A DNA stretch of 64,000 bases from Actinomycetales bacterium (GTDB lineage: Bacteria; Actinomycetota; Actinomycetes; Actinomycetales; CAVURS01): the NCBI GenBank assembly GCA_045807245.1, contig JBJMHS010000074.1, forward strand, positions 21,026 to 85,025, read 5' to 3'. Position numbers and translations under genes: made by a program. Below are positions 1 to 8,726 of this stretch, in pieces. Position 1 is the stretch's first letter; each line of letters opens with the position of its first letter. Below the pieces are notes generated by a model. It did no database searches and had not been told where the DNA came from. It saw only the letters and a list, made by a program, of their open reading frames with translations.

Positions 1-11
1 CCGTCGTACCC

Positions 12-47
12 GCTCTGCTGTGAGTCGGCGGGGACTCAGAGCAGAGC
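12..47 (-). terminator. Stem-loop downstream of deoA
   Basis: Inverted repeat read directly: GCTCTGCTGTGAGTC (12-26) and GACTCAGAGCAGAGC (33-47), one mismatch, 6-nt loop. It sits about 50 nt past the deoA stop on the minus strand. There is no U-tract, which is common in high-GC actinobacteria. Confidence 0.4.
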
Positions 48-98
48 CGCAACGACCGGAGACGGTCTGCCCGGAGGTCAGGCGACGCGGGCGATCAC

Positions 99-1367
99 CT
101 AGGGCAGCAGGTCGGGGCGTGAGCCGGACGGCGCGATGAAGTACGAGCCGTCGAGCGCCTCGAGCGCCCGCTCGAACCGGTCCGGCTCGTCCGTGTGCAG
201 CGTCATCAGGGGGTCGCCCCCGCGCACGAACGCACCCGGCTTCGCGTGGATGACCACACCGGCACCGGCCTGCACCGGGTCCTCCTTGCGGGCCCGTCCC
301 GCACCGAGGCGCCAGGCGGCGATGCCCACGGCGAGCGCGTCGAGGGAGGTCAGCACGCCGTCGGCCGGCGCGTCGACCACGTGCGTCTCACGCGCCCACG
401 GCAGCTCGGCGTCCGGTTCGCCGCCCTGAGCCGCGATCATCCGGCGCCAGGCGTCCATGGCCGAGCCGTCCTTGAGCCGCTCGGCCGGGTCGACGTCCTC
501 GCGCCCGGCGCCCGACAGCATCTCGCGGGCCAGCGCCAGCGTGAGGTCGACGACGTCCTCCGGGCCGCCTCCGGCGAGCACCTCGACCGACTCGCGCACC
601 TCGAGCGCGTTGCCTGCGGTCAGGCCGAGCGGCGTCTGCATGTTGGTCAGCAGGGCCACGGTCCGCACCCCGGCGTCCGTCCCGAGCGCGACCATCGTCT
701 CCGCCAGCTCGCGGGCCGACTCCACGTCCTTCATGAACGCCCCGCTGCCGACCTTGACGTCGAGCACGAGCGAGCCGGTGCCCTCGGCGATCTTCTTGCT
801 CATGATCGAGCTGGCGATCAGCGGGATCGCCTCCACCGTCCCGGTCACGTCGCGCAGGGCGTAGAGCTTCTTGTCCGCCGGCGCCAGCCCCGCCCCGGCG
901 GCACAGATGACCGCGCCGACGCCCTCGAGCTGCGCCACCATCTCCTCGTTGGTCAGCGACGCGCGCCAGCCGGGGATCGACTCGAGCTTGTCGAGCGTCC
1001 CGCCGGTGTGACCGAGCCCGCGGCCGGACAGCTGCGGGACGGCGACACCGCAAGCCGCGACCAGCGGGGCGAGCGGCAGCGTGATCTTGTCCCCTACGCC
1101 GCCGGTGGAGTGCTTGTCGGCCGTCGGTCGCGAGAGGGAGGAGAAGTCCATCCGCTCACCGGACGCGATCATCGCCTGGGTCCAGCGGGAGATCTCACGA
1201 CGGCCCATACCGTTGAGCAGGATCGCCATCGCCAGCGCCGACATCTGCTCGTCGGCGACCACGCCGCGCGTGTAGGCGTCGATGACCCAGTCGATCTGCG
1301 GGTCGGACAGCTCCTGACGGTCGCGCTTCGCGCGGATCACGTCGACGGCGTCGAAGGCTTCGGTCAC
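99..1367 (-). CDS. deoA: Thymidine (pyrimidine-nucleoside) phosphorylase
   Basis: The translation has the family hallmarks FDAVDVIRAKRD, HSTGGVGDK and SGRGLGHTGGTLDKLESIPGW. I prefer the GTG at 1367 (AGGCAGGA Shine-Dalgarno (SD) about 8 nt upstream); the ORF track starts at the GTG at 1385. Confidence 0.9.
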   Translation of the reverse strand: MTEAFDAVDVIRAKRDRQELSDPQIDWVIDAYTRGVVADEQMSALAMAILLNGMGRREISRWTQAMIASGERMDFSSLSRPTADKHSTGGVGDKITLPLAPLVAACGVAVPQLSGRGLGHTGGTLDKLESIPGWRASLTNEEMVAQLEGVGAVICAAGAGLAPADKKLYALRDVTGTVEAIPLIASSIMSKKIAEGTGSLVLDVKVGSGAFMKDVESARELAETMVALGTDAGVRTVALLTNMQTPLGLTAGNALEVRESVEVLAGGGPEDVVDLTLALAREMLSGAGREDVDPAERLKDGSAMDAWRRMIAAQGGEPDAELPWARETHVVDAPADGVLTSLDALAVGIAAWRLGAGRARKEDPVQAGAGVVIHAKPGAFVRGGDPLMTLHTDEPDRFERALEALDGSYFIAPSGSRPDLLP

Positions 1368-1430
1368 GCTGTGATCCTGCCTCACCGGCAGAAGCCCGGA
1401 CAGCGCCGTTCGCGCGCGGCGTACCGCCGG

Positions 1431-1823
1431 TCAGGCGAGGTTGTCCGGGCCGAACGCCTCAGGCAGCAGCTCGCTCATCCGCCAGACCCGGCCGGCAAGC
1501 TCGACCAGGCAGTCCGGGCCGCCGTGCTCCCAGAGCAGCTGACGACAGCGGCCGCACGGCGCCAGCGGGTCGCCGTTGCCGTCGACGCACGCGACCGCGA
1601 CCAGCCGCCCGCCGCCACTGCGTACCAGGTCGCTGACCAGGCCGCACTCGGCGCACAGGGTCACGCCGTACGACGCGTTCTCGACGTTGCAGCCGGACAC
1701 GATGCGGCCGTCGTCCACCAGCCCGGCCACGCCGACCGGGAACTGTGAGTACGGCGCATAGGCGCGCCGCATCGCCGCGACCGCGGCCGAGCGCAGGGCG
1801 GGCCAGTCGACCGCAGCCTCCAT
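1431..1823 (-). CDS. cdd: Cytidine deaminase
   Basis: The 130-aa C-terminal part of ORF 1431..2792 has the zinc motifs CAECG and PCGRCRQ. The ATG at 1823 was verified in the sequence. The rest of the long ORF is an upstream extension overlapping the permease gene. Confidence 0.9.
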   Translation of the reverse strand: MEAAVDWPALRSAAVAAMRRAYAPYSQFPVGVAGLVDDGRIVSGCNVENASYGVTLCAECGLVSDLVRSGGGRLVAVACVDGNGDPLAPCGRCRQLLWEHGGPDCLVELAGRVWRMSELLPEAFGPDNLA

Positions 1824-1834
1824 GACGACCAGGC

Positions 1835-3151
1835 CTAGCCCTTGACGTACGGCTCGCCGTCGGCGGCGGGCGCGCGCACCCGCCCGACCAGACCGGCGAC
1901 CGCGACGATGGTCGCGACGTAGGGCAGCATGGCCAGGAAGTACGACGGGATCGTGACCGGCGTCTGGATGAACGACAGGACCACCTGCAGGGCCGAGGCG
2001 AACCCGAAGAACAGCGCGGCCCCCACGGCCCCGCGCGGCGTCCAGCGGCCGAAGATCAGCGCCGCCAGGGCGATGAACCCGTTGCCGGCCGAGACGTTGC
2101 GCTGGAAGCCGCCGGTCGAGCCGATGGTCAGCGCGGCCCCGGCCAGACCGGCCACGAAACCGCCCATCACCACGTTGCGGTACCGCGTGCGCAGCACGTT
2201 GATGCCCACGGTGTCCGCGGCCTTCGGGTGCTCGCCGACGGCCCGCGTGCGCAGCCCCCAGCGGGTCCGGAACAGCGCGACGTCGATCACGATGATGATG
2301 ACGTACGTAAGGTAGACGATCGCGTTGGCGTCGAACAGCAACGGCCCGGCCACCGGGATGTCGCCCAGCAGCGGGATCTTGATCGGTGACAGGAAGCCCG
2401 GGTTGTTGAGCTGGTCCTGGTTGCGCTGCATCAGCGCGTCGTACAGGTATCCGGTCAGGCCCAGCGCCAGCAGGTTGATGACGACACCCAGGACAACCTG
2501 GTTCACCAGGTAGCGGATGGAGAACACGGCTAGCAGCAGGCCGACCAGGCCGCCCGCGATCCTCGACGCGATGACGCCGACGCCGAGGTGGTGGGTCAGC
2601 GTGCCGAAGAGCGCACCGGCCCACGCGCCCAACAGCATCTGACCCTCGATGGCGACGTTGATCACGCCGGACCGCTCGCACAGCAGGCCGGCCATGGCGC
2701 CGAGGATCAGCGGTGTCGCCAGGAAGATCGACTGCTGCAGCAGGCCGATCAGGTCGATCGTCGTGCCCTTCTGTCCCGTCGTCGCCCAGCACAGGAAGGC
2801 CACGACGAAGGCCAGGACGGTGAAGGTGAGCACCCAGCGCATCGTCGACTTGGCGAAGCCCCGGGCGATCTGCGCGATGCCGAGCGCGACGACGAGCAGG
2901 CCCAGGACGATGCAGGTCACGCGCGCAGGCAGCGTCACGGTAGGGACGTGCACTTTGGCGCCGCTGTGGGAGAGCTGGAAGGCCGCGTCGTACCCGCTCT
3001 TCGACCCGATCCCCAGCAGCAGGGCGATGAACAGCCCGACCACGATCATGATGGCGCCGGTGGCGAGGCGGCGGCCGCGGCTGGCCGGAAGCTCGAGAAC
3101 CTCGTGAGTGACCAGGTCCTCGTCGGTGATGGTGCTGACGTCGGCGCTCAT
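1835..3151 (-). CDS. ABC transporter permease (nucleoside/BMP-type system)
   Basis: Polytopic hydrophobic translation starting at MSADVSTITDEDL. The ATG at 3151 overlaps the upstream stop (ATGA coupling). High third-position GC. Confidence 0.85.
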   Translation of the reverse strand: MSADVSTITDEDLVTHEVLELPASRGRRLATGAIMIVVGLFIALLLGIGSKSGYDAAFQLSHSGAKVHVPTVTLPARVTCIVLGLLVVALGIAQIARGFAKSTMRWVLTFTVLAFVVAFLCWATTGQKGTTIDLIGLLQQSIFLATPLILGAMAGLLCERSGVINVAIEGQMLLGAWAGALFGTLTHHLGVGVIASRIAGGLVGLLLAVFSIRYLVNQVVLGVVINLLALGLTGYLYDALMQRNQDQLNNPGFLSPIKIPLLGDIPVAGPLLFDANAIVYLTYVIIIVIDVALFRTRWGLRTRAVGEHPKAADTVGINVLRTRYRNVVMGGFVAGLAGAALTIGSTGGFQRNVSAGNGFIALAALIFGRWTPRGAVGAALFFGFASALQVVLSFIQTPVTIPSYFLAMLPYVATIVAVAGLVGRVRAPAADGEPYVKG

Positions 3152-4398
3152 CCGTTCCACCCCTTGGCCAGCTCGGTGCTGACGCCGCCGCGGACCGCGC
3201 GCAGCCGGAAGATCGCGCGGATCAGCGCCGGCGCCGCGATGAACAGGACGATGAGCGCCTGGACGACGGTGACCAGGTCGACCGGCGTACCGGTGCGCGA
3301 CTGCATGAGCACGCCGCCGGCGCGCAGTGCGCCGAACAGCAGCCCGGCCAGCACGGTCCCACCGGGTTTGGCCCGCCCGAGCAGCGCGACGGTGATGCCG
3401 TCGAACCCGATGCCCGCGTCGATGTCGTTGGTGACCGCAGGGTTGGTCCCCAGGATCTGCGCCGTCCCGGCCAGCCCGGCCAGGGCACCGGCCAGAGCCA
3501 TCGCCACGACGTAGGTCCGGGCGACGTTCATCCCGGCGGTGCGAGCGGCGTTCTGGTTCGCGCCCACGGCGCGCAGCTGGAAGCCGATGGTGCTGCGTTC
3601 GAGCAGCCACCAGACCAGCCAGGCCGCGGCGAGCGCGACCAGGATGTCGAGGTTGACCCGCATCGACGACCCGAGCAGGTGCGGGTACCGCGCGCTGGAG
3701 TCCACGACGTTCGAGATCGCCTGCCCGTACGGCGGCCGCTGGAAGCCCTGCACCGACAACAGGAAGCCCAGGAAGTTCAGCGCGACGTAGTTGAGCATGA
3801 TGGTCGTGATGACCTCGTGGGCCCCGGTACTGGCCTTGAGCCAGCCGACCAACGCGCCCCAGATCGCCCCGGCCAGGATGCCGCCGAGCACCGCCAGGAT
3901 CAGGTGCAGACCGGCCGGCAGGTGCCAGTGGAAGCCGACGTACGCCGCGACGATGACGCCCATGATCATCATGCCCTGGGCGCCGATGTTGAACAGGCCG
4001 GCCCGGAAGGCCAACCCGACCGACAGGCCGGCCAGGATCAGCGGCGCCGCGACGGTCAACGTCTCCGAGAGCGGGCCGAAGACACCGTTGAGCGTGCCGT
4101 TGGAGGCGGAGGCCGGGTTGAAGATCGCGCCTTCGAACAGTGCCTTGTACGCCGTCCAGATGGCACTGAACGCGTTTCTGAACGTGTCCACCGGCGCGGC
4201 CGTGAAGTAGTGCGCCGAGGCCCGGGTCTCCGGGTCTCCGATCGCGATCAGCAGCGCGGCGACGACGAGGGCGACCACGAGCGCCAGCAGGTTGACGACG
4301 GCGGCGTTGCCCTCGGTGATGCCGGACAGGATCCGCCGCCCGACGGAACGCTCCGGTGGTTGCTCGGGAGCCGACTCGCGCGTCGCCGTCTCGGTCAC
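3148..4398 (-). CDS. ABC transporter permease (nucleoside/BMP-type system)
   Basis: 416-aa polytopic membrane protein. It overlaps the ATPase gene upstream and the permease gene downstream by 4 nt each. Confidence 0.85.
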   Translation of the reverse strand: MTETATRESAPEQPPERSVGRRILSGITEGNAAVVNLLALVVALVVAALLIAIGDPETRASAHYFTAAPVDTFRNAFSAIWTAYKALFEGAIFNPASASNGTLNGVFGPLSETLTVAAPLILAGLSVGLAFRAGLFNIGAQGMMIMGVIVAAYVGFHWHLPAGLHLILAVLGGILAGAIWGALVGWLKASTGAHEVITTIMLNYVALNFLGFLLSVQGFQRPPYGQAISNVVDSSARYPHLLGSSMRVNLDILVALAAAWLVWWLLERSTIGFQLRAVGANQNAARTAGMNVARTYVVAMALAGALAGLAGTAQILGTNPAVTNDIDAGIGFDGITVALLGRAKPGGTVLAGLLFGALRAGGVLMQSRTGTPVDLVTVVQALIVLFIAAPALIRAIFRLRAVRGGVSTELAKGWNG

Positions 4399-6008
4399 GA
4401 CTTCTCCTTCGGTGCGTCCTTCTGGAAGCCGCCGAGCGCCGGGTTCGTCGCGACCAGATCGGCGCCGGGCACCTCGGCCATCTGCCCGGCCGACGGGTCG
4501 ACCGCGCTCTCGGTGGTCGAACCGGCCATGAGCAGGCCGATCTCCTCGGCCGACGTGCCGCCTGGCACCTCGCCGATGATCTTGCCGCGGTACATCACGC
4601 CGATCCGGTCGGCCAGACCCAGCACCTCATCCAGCTCGGTCGACACGAGGACGACGGCGGCGCCGTTGTCGCGCTCGGCCACGATCCGCTTGTGCACGAA
4701 CTCGATCGAGCCGACGTCGAGCCCGCGGGTCGGCTGCGCCACCACGAGCAGCTTGAGCGGCCGCGAGAGCTCGCGAGCCAGGACGACCTTCTGTTGGTTG
4801 CCGCCTGACAACGATGATGCCGGCGCCTGCGCGCTCTGCGTCCGCACGTCGAACTCCCCGACGCGCTTGGTCGCGTTGTCCGCGATGGCGGCCAGGTCGA
4901 GCGAGATGCCCTTGGCGAACGGCGCGGCGTCGTACATGTCGAGGACGAGGTTCTCGGCGATCGAGAAGCTGCCGACCAGCCCGTCGTGCAGCCGGTCCTC
5001 CGGGACGTAGCCGACGCCCATCTCCAGGATGTCGTCGATGCTGTGCGAGGTGATGTCCCGGCCGGCCAGCCGGATCCGGCCCTCGGTGATGCGCTCGAGC
5101 CCGACCAGCGCCTCGGTGAGCTCGGTCTGGCCGTTGCCCTGCACCCCGGCGAGCGCGTAGACCTCACCGGACCGCACCTGGAGGGACACGCCGTCCACGA
5201 CGACCTGGGCCTTGTCGTCGATGACCTTGACACCGTCGAGCTCGAGGACCGGGTCGCCCGGCTGGGCCGGGCCCTTGTCGATGGTCAGCTTCACCGGGCG
5301 GCCGACCATCAGGGAGGCCAGCTCGTCGGAGGACGAGTCCGGGCTGGCCTCGCCGACCACCTTGCCCCGCCGGATGACCGTGATCCGGTCCGCGATCGCG
5401 CGGACCTCACGCAGCTTGTGGGTGATGAAGACGATGGAGGTGCCGCTGTCGCGCAGCTCGCCCATGACGCGCATCAGGTCATCGGTCTCCTGCGGCGTCA
5501 GCACCGCGGTGGGCTCGTCCAGGATGAGCACCTGGGCCCCGCGCATCAGCGCCTTGACGATCTCGACCCGCTGCTGGATGCCGACCGGCAGGTCAGCGAC
5601 GAGCGCGTCCGGCGGGACGGCGAGGCCGTACTTCTGGGAGACCTCCGCCACCTCCCGGCGGATGCGCCTGCGGTCCAGGAAGCCGGCCAGGCCGGTCTCC
5701 TCGTGACCGAGAGCGACGTTCTCGGCGACGGTGAAGACAGGGATCAGCATGAAGTGCTGGTGCACCATGCCGATGCCCGCCGCGATGGCGTCACCCGGCC
5801 CCTTGAACGTGACCGGTGTGCCGTCGATCAGGATCTCCCCGCCATCCGGCTGGTAGAGGCCGTAGAGCACGTTCATCAGGGTGCTCTTGCCGGCACCGTT
5901 CTCACCGAGCAGGGCGTGGATCTCCCCCGGCTCGACGGTCAGGCTGATCTCGTCGTTCGCCACGAACGCGCCGAAGCGTTTCGTGATGCCCTTCAGCTCG
6001 AGCAACAC
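4395..6008 (-). CDS. ABC transporter ATP-binding protein with duplicated ATPase domains
   Basis: Two nucleotide-binding domains: Walker A GENGAGKST plus signature LSGGNQQK, and a second P-loop GVQGNGQTEL. GTG start at 6008 preceded by GAGGAGG. Confidence 0.9.
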   Translation of the reverse strand: MLLELKGITKRFGAFVANDEISLTVEPGEIHALLGENGAGKSTLMNVLYGLYQPDGGEILIDGTPVTFKGPGDAIAAGIGMVHQHFMLIPVFTVAENVALGHEETGLAGFLDRRRIRREVAEVSQKYGLAVPPDALVADLPVGIQQRVEIVKALMRGAQVLILDEPTAVLTPQETDDLMRVMGELRDSGTSIVFITHKLREVRAIADRITVIRRGKVVGEASPDSSSDELASLMVGRPVKLTIDKGPAQPGDPVLELDGVKVIDDKAQVVVDGVSLQVRSGEVYALAGVQGNGQTELTEALVGLERITEGRIRLAGRDITSHSIDDILEMGVGYVPEDRLHDGLVGSFSIAENLVLDMYDAAPFAKGISLDLAAIADNATKRVGEFDVRTQSAQAPASSLSGGNQQKVVLARELSRPLKLLVVAQPTRGLDVGSIEFVHKRIVAERDNGAAVVLVSTELDEVLGLADRIGVMYRGKIIGEVPGGTSAEEIGLLMAGSTTESAVDPSAGQMAEVPGADLVATNPALGGFQKDAPKEKS

Positions 6009-6086
6009 CGGCGACCTCCTCGTCGTACCGACTCGGTTCTCACCGGACCGGGTCCAGCGCGGGCTGCGTTCAGGCCAGGACGGCGA

Positions 6087-6116
6087 AGGGGGAGCGACGC
6101 GAACGCCGCTCCCCCT
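6087..6116 (-). terminator. Intercistronic stem-loop between the binding-protein gene and the ATPase gene
   Basis: 10-bp perfect stem AGGGGGAGCG (6087-6096) with CGCTCCCCCT (6107-6116) and a 10-nt loop, about 40 nt past the SBP stop. This resembles the attenuator/mRNA-stabiliser hairpins often found after SBP genes. The function is inferred. Confidence 0.35.
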
Positions 6117-6155
6117 CGTCGTCTAGGGGTGAACCTACAGCGGTCCGGTCAGATG

Positions 6156-7238
6156 TCAGCCCGCCTTCGGCTGGCTCGGCGAGGTGATCGTGATCGCGCC
6201 GGAACCGATGTCGGTCTTGATCTTGTCCAGGTCGGACTTGATGTCCGCCGGGACGTTGGCGCCCATGGTCTTGCCCAGGACCAGGCCGGTGCCGTTGTTG
6301 GTGAGGTCACCGACGTACGAGCCGGTCGGGAACGTCCCGCCAGCCGCCGCCGTGACGTACTTCTGCACCGAGTCGGTCAGGCCCTTGGTGACGCTGGCCA
6401 GGAACACGTCGCAGTACTGCGCGGCGCTCACGCAGCCGTCGGTGTCGACCCACATGACGGAGACCTTGCCGCCGGAGGCCTTGGCCGCGGCGGCCGAGCC
6501 GATGCCGGTGCCACCGGCGACCGGGAAGATCACGTCAGCGCCCTGCGAGATGAAGGCCTGGGAGATCGACTTGCCCTTGTTCTGGTCGGTGAACGACTGG
6601 GCGAACGTGCCGGCCTTCTGCTTCTTCTCGTCCCAGCCGAGGACCTGGACGGTCTTGCTCTTCTGCTTGTTGTAGTACTGCACGCCCTCCCAGAAACCGT
6701 CCATGTAGATGGTGACGGGCGGGATGTTGAGGCCGCCGTACGTCGCCACCTTGCCGCTCTTGCTCGTCGCGGCGGCCACGTAGCCGCCGAGGAACGCGCC
6801 CTGGGCGGTGTTGTACTGCAGGCCGTAGACGTTCGGGCCGCTGGAGCCGGCGTCCACCTCGGCGAAGTGCTGGTTCGGGTTCGCCGCCGCCACCTTCTTC
6901 ACCGCGTCGCCCATCAGACCGCCGACGGCGATGATCGTGCTGCAGCCCTTCTGCACCTCTGCGTTGAGGTTGGGCTCGTAGTCGTTCTGCGAGTTCGAGG
7001 AGACGTAGCTGATCTTGATGTTCGGGTTGGCCTGGTTGGCCGCCGTCAGACCGGCGTACGACGACTGGTTGAACGAGCGGTCGTCCACACCGCCGACGTC
7101 GAGCACCATGCAGGCAGTGAACGCCTTGCCCCCGCCGCTGGCGGAACCGCCAGAGCCCGAGTTGTCCGACGGCTTGCTGCTACACGCCGCAGCCAGTGTT
7201 GCGATCGCGGCAGCCGCGATCGTGACGGTAATTGCCAT
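6156..7238 (-). CDS. BMP-family (PnrA/Med-like) ABC substrate-binding lipoprotein
   Basis: Signal peptide with lipobox (MAITVTIAAAAIATLAAAC) followed by a BMP-like body (FTACMVLDVGGVDDRSFNQSSYAG). The ATG at 7238 has a GAAGGAG SD. The ORF track extends to 7391, but that extension is Arg/Pro-rich. Confidence 0.85.
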   Translation of the reverse strand: MAITVTIAAAAIATLAAACSSKPSDNSGSGGSASGGGKAFTACMVLDVGGVDDRSFNQSSYAGLTAANQANPNIKISYVSSNSQNDYEPNLNAEVQKGCSTIIAVGGLMGDAVKKVAAANPNQHFAEVDAGSSGPNVYGLQYNTAQGAFLGGYVAAATSKSGKVATYGGLNIPPVTIYMDGFWEGVQYYNKQKSKTVQVLGWDEKKQKAGTFAQSFTDQNKGKSISQAFISQGADVIFPVAGGTGIGSAAAAKASGGKVSVMWVDTDGCVSAAQYCDVFLASVTKGLTDSVQKYVTAAAGGTFPTGSYVGDLTNNGTGLVLGKTMGANVPADIKSDLDKIKTDIGSGAITITSPSQPKAG

Positions 7239-7485
7239 GCGCAAGAGGGTCTCCTTCGGTCTTTGTCGTGAATGTTCCGAATGCCGAGGTGACGGCTCTC
7301 GGCTCGGTCGCGTGACTCTACCTGCCTGTCTCACTCTTCGGGCAGGCCTGCACCGCGCACTTTCCCGATTCGTGACCGGTCCGTTGTGCAATGAAGTGCG
7401 CCCCTTGCGCCGCTCGTCCGAGCCTCATCCGAGCCTCATCTGATCGTCCGGTCCGGCGTGCGAACGACCCGCGGCGTGGCCGAGC

Positions 7486-8721
7486 TCAGTCCCGGGACAG
7501 CCGAGCCAGCTTGGTCAGCACGGTCTGAGCCAGCAACGCGGTGCCGACCGGCACGCAGCCGTCGTCGACCCGCAGGTCGCCCTGGTGGAGGTCGAACACC
7601 GGTCCGCCCGGTGTCCGCGTGCCGAGCCGGGCCATGGCTCCGGGCACGGTCTGCAGGTACCACGAGAAGTCCTCGCCACCCAGGCTCTGCTCGGTGCCGG
7701 CCACGGCGTCGGCGCCGCCGTACCCCGTGGCGGCCGTGGCCAGCTCGGTGACGGCGGCCGGCTCGTTGACCACCGGCGGCACGCCGCGCACGTAGTCCAC
7801 CTCGGCCCGCACGCCGTACGGCGCGACGACGTCCCGCACCAGGGAGGTCACCAGGTCCCGCATGGTGGCCCACGCCTTGTCGTCCAGCACGCGCACCGTC
7901 CCGCCCACCTCGCCGACGCTGGGGATGACGTTCGGCGCGACGCCGGAGCGGACGAAGCCCCAGACCAGCGTGGCGCCGACCCGCGGGTCGAGCCGCCGCG
8001 ACAGCGCGGCCGGCACGTCGGTGATGACCTTGCCCAGCGCGTAGGTCAGGTCCTCGGTCAGGTGCGGCCGCGACGTGTGCCCCCCGCGCCCGGTGAGCCG
8101 CACCGTCACCGCGTCGGCGGCCGAGGTGATCGGCCCGGTCCGCAGGCCCACGGTGCCGACCTCACGCGACGGGTCGCAGTGCAGCGCGTAGATCGACTGC
8201 ACGCCGTCGAGGACGCCGGCGTCGACCAGCTCGAACGCTCCGCCGGGCATGACCTCCTCGGCCGGCTGGAAGATCAGCCGGACCCGGCCGGGCAGGTCCT
8301 CCGCTGAGTGCATGCGCTGCAGGGCCAGGCCCGCCCCCAGCAGGCAGGTCGCGTGGACGTCGTGCCCGCACGCGTGGGCCAGGCCGGCGACCGTGGCCCG
8401 CCAGGGGTCGGTCGTCCGGTCGTCCAGCGGCAGCGCGTCGAGGTCGGCGCGCAGGGCGACGGTCGTCGTACCCGAGTCACCCAGCCCGGCGTCACGGCCC
8501 ACCTCCGCGACCAGCCCCGTCGTCGGGAAGGTGCGCACGTGCACGCCCGCATCGGTCAGGAGCTCGGCGAGGACGGCCGTGGTCCGGCGTTCCTGCCAGG
8601 CGAGCTCGGGATGGGCGTGCAGGTCGCGGCGGACCGTCGTGAGGTCCTCGGTGAGGTCGTCGACGATGGCGCGGAGCCGGGCGCTTGACGAGCTGCCGGG
8701 GCTGGTGAGATGCGCGGTCAC
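7486..8721 (-). CDS. M20-family amidohydrolase (N-acyl-amino-acid/hippurate hydrolase type)
   Basis: LHAHPELAWQE, ACGHDVH and the FQPAEE motif are typical of the M20D family. I prefer the GTG at 8721 (5 nt after the upstream stop); the track ORF runs to 8781. Confidence 0.8.
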   Translation of the reverse strand: MTAHLTSPGSSSSARLRAIVDDLTEDLTTVRRDLHAHPELAWQERRTTAVLAELLTDAGVHVRTFPTTGLVAEVGRDAGLGDSGTTTVALRADLDALPLDDRTTDPWRATVAGLAHACGHDVHATCLLGAGLALQRMHSAEDLPGRVRLIFQPAEEVMPGGAFELVDAGVLDGVQSIYALHCDPSREVGTVGLRTGPITSAADAVTVRLTGRGGHTSRPHLTEDLTYALGKVITDVPAALSRRLDPRVGATLVWGFVRSGVAPNVIPSVGEVGGTVRVLDDKAWATMRDLVTSLVRDVVAPYGVRAEVDYVRGVPPVVNEPAAVTELATAATGYGGADAVAGTEQSLGGEDFSWYLQTVPGAMARLGTRTPGGPVFDLHQGDLRVDDGCVPVGTALLAQTVLTKLARLSRD

Positions 8722-8726
8722 AATGA

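Noticed and set aside
2-16. Exact 15-nt repeat CGTCGTACCCGCTCT shared with 2986-3000 (inside a permease gene)
   Set aside because: At this base composition, tens of exact 15-mer coincidences are expected in 64 kb by my rough estimate. It is probably chance plus the common GTCGTACC string.
195-1748. 517-aa ORF antisense to deoA and cdd
   Set aside because: The translation is Arg/His/Asp/Gly/Pro-rich with no recognisable motif. It mirrors two well-supported genes and is a typical shadow ORF of a roughly 70% GC genome.
4986-7271. 761-aa ORF antisense to the ABC ATPase and BMP lipoprotein genes
   Set aside because: It is a low-complexity Arg/Asp/Gly/Leu-rich product. The opposite strand carries clear Walker and lipobox motifs and better third-position GC.
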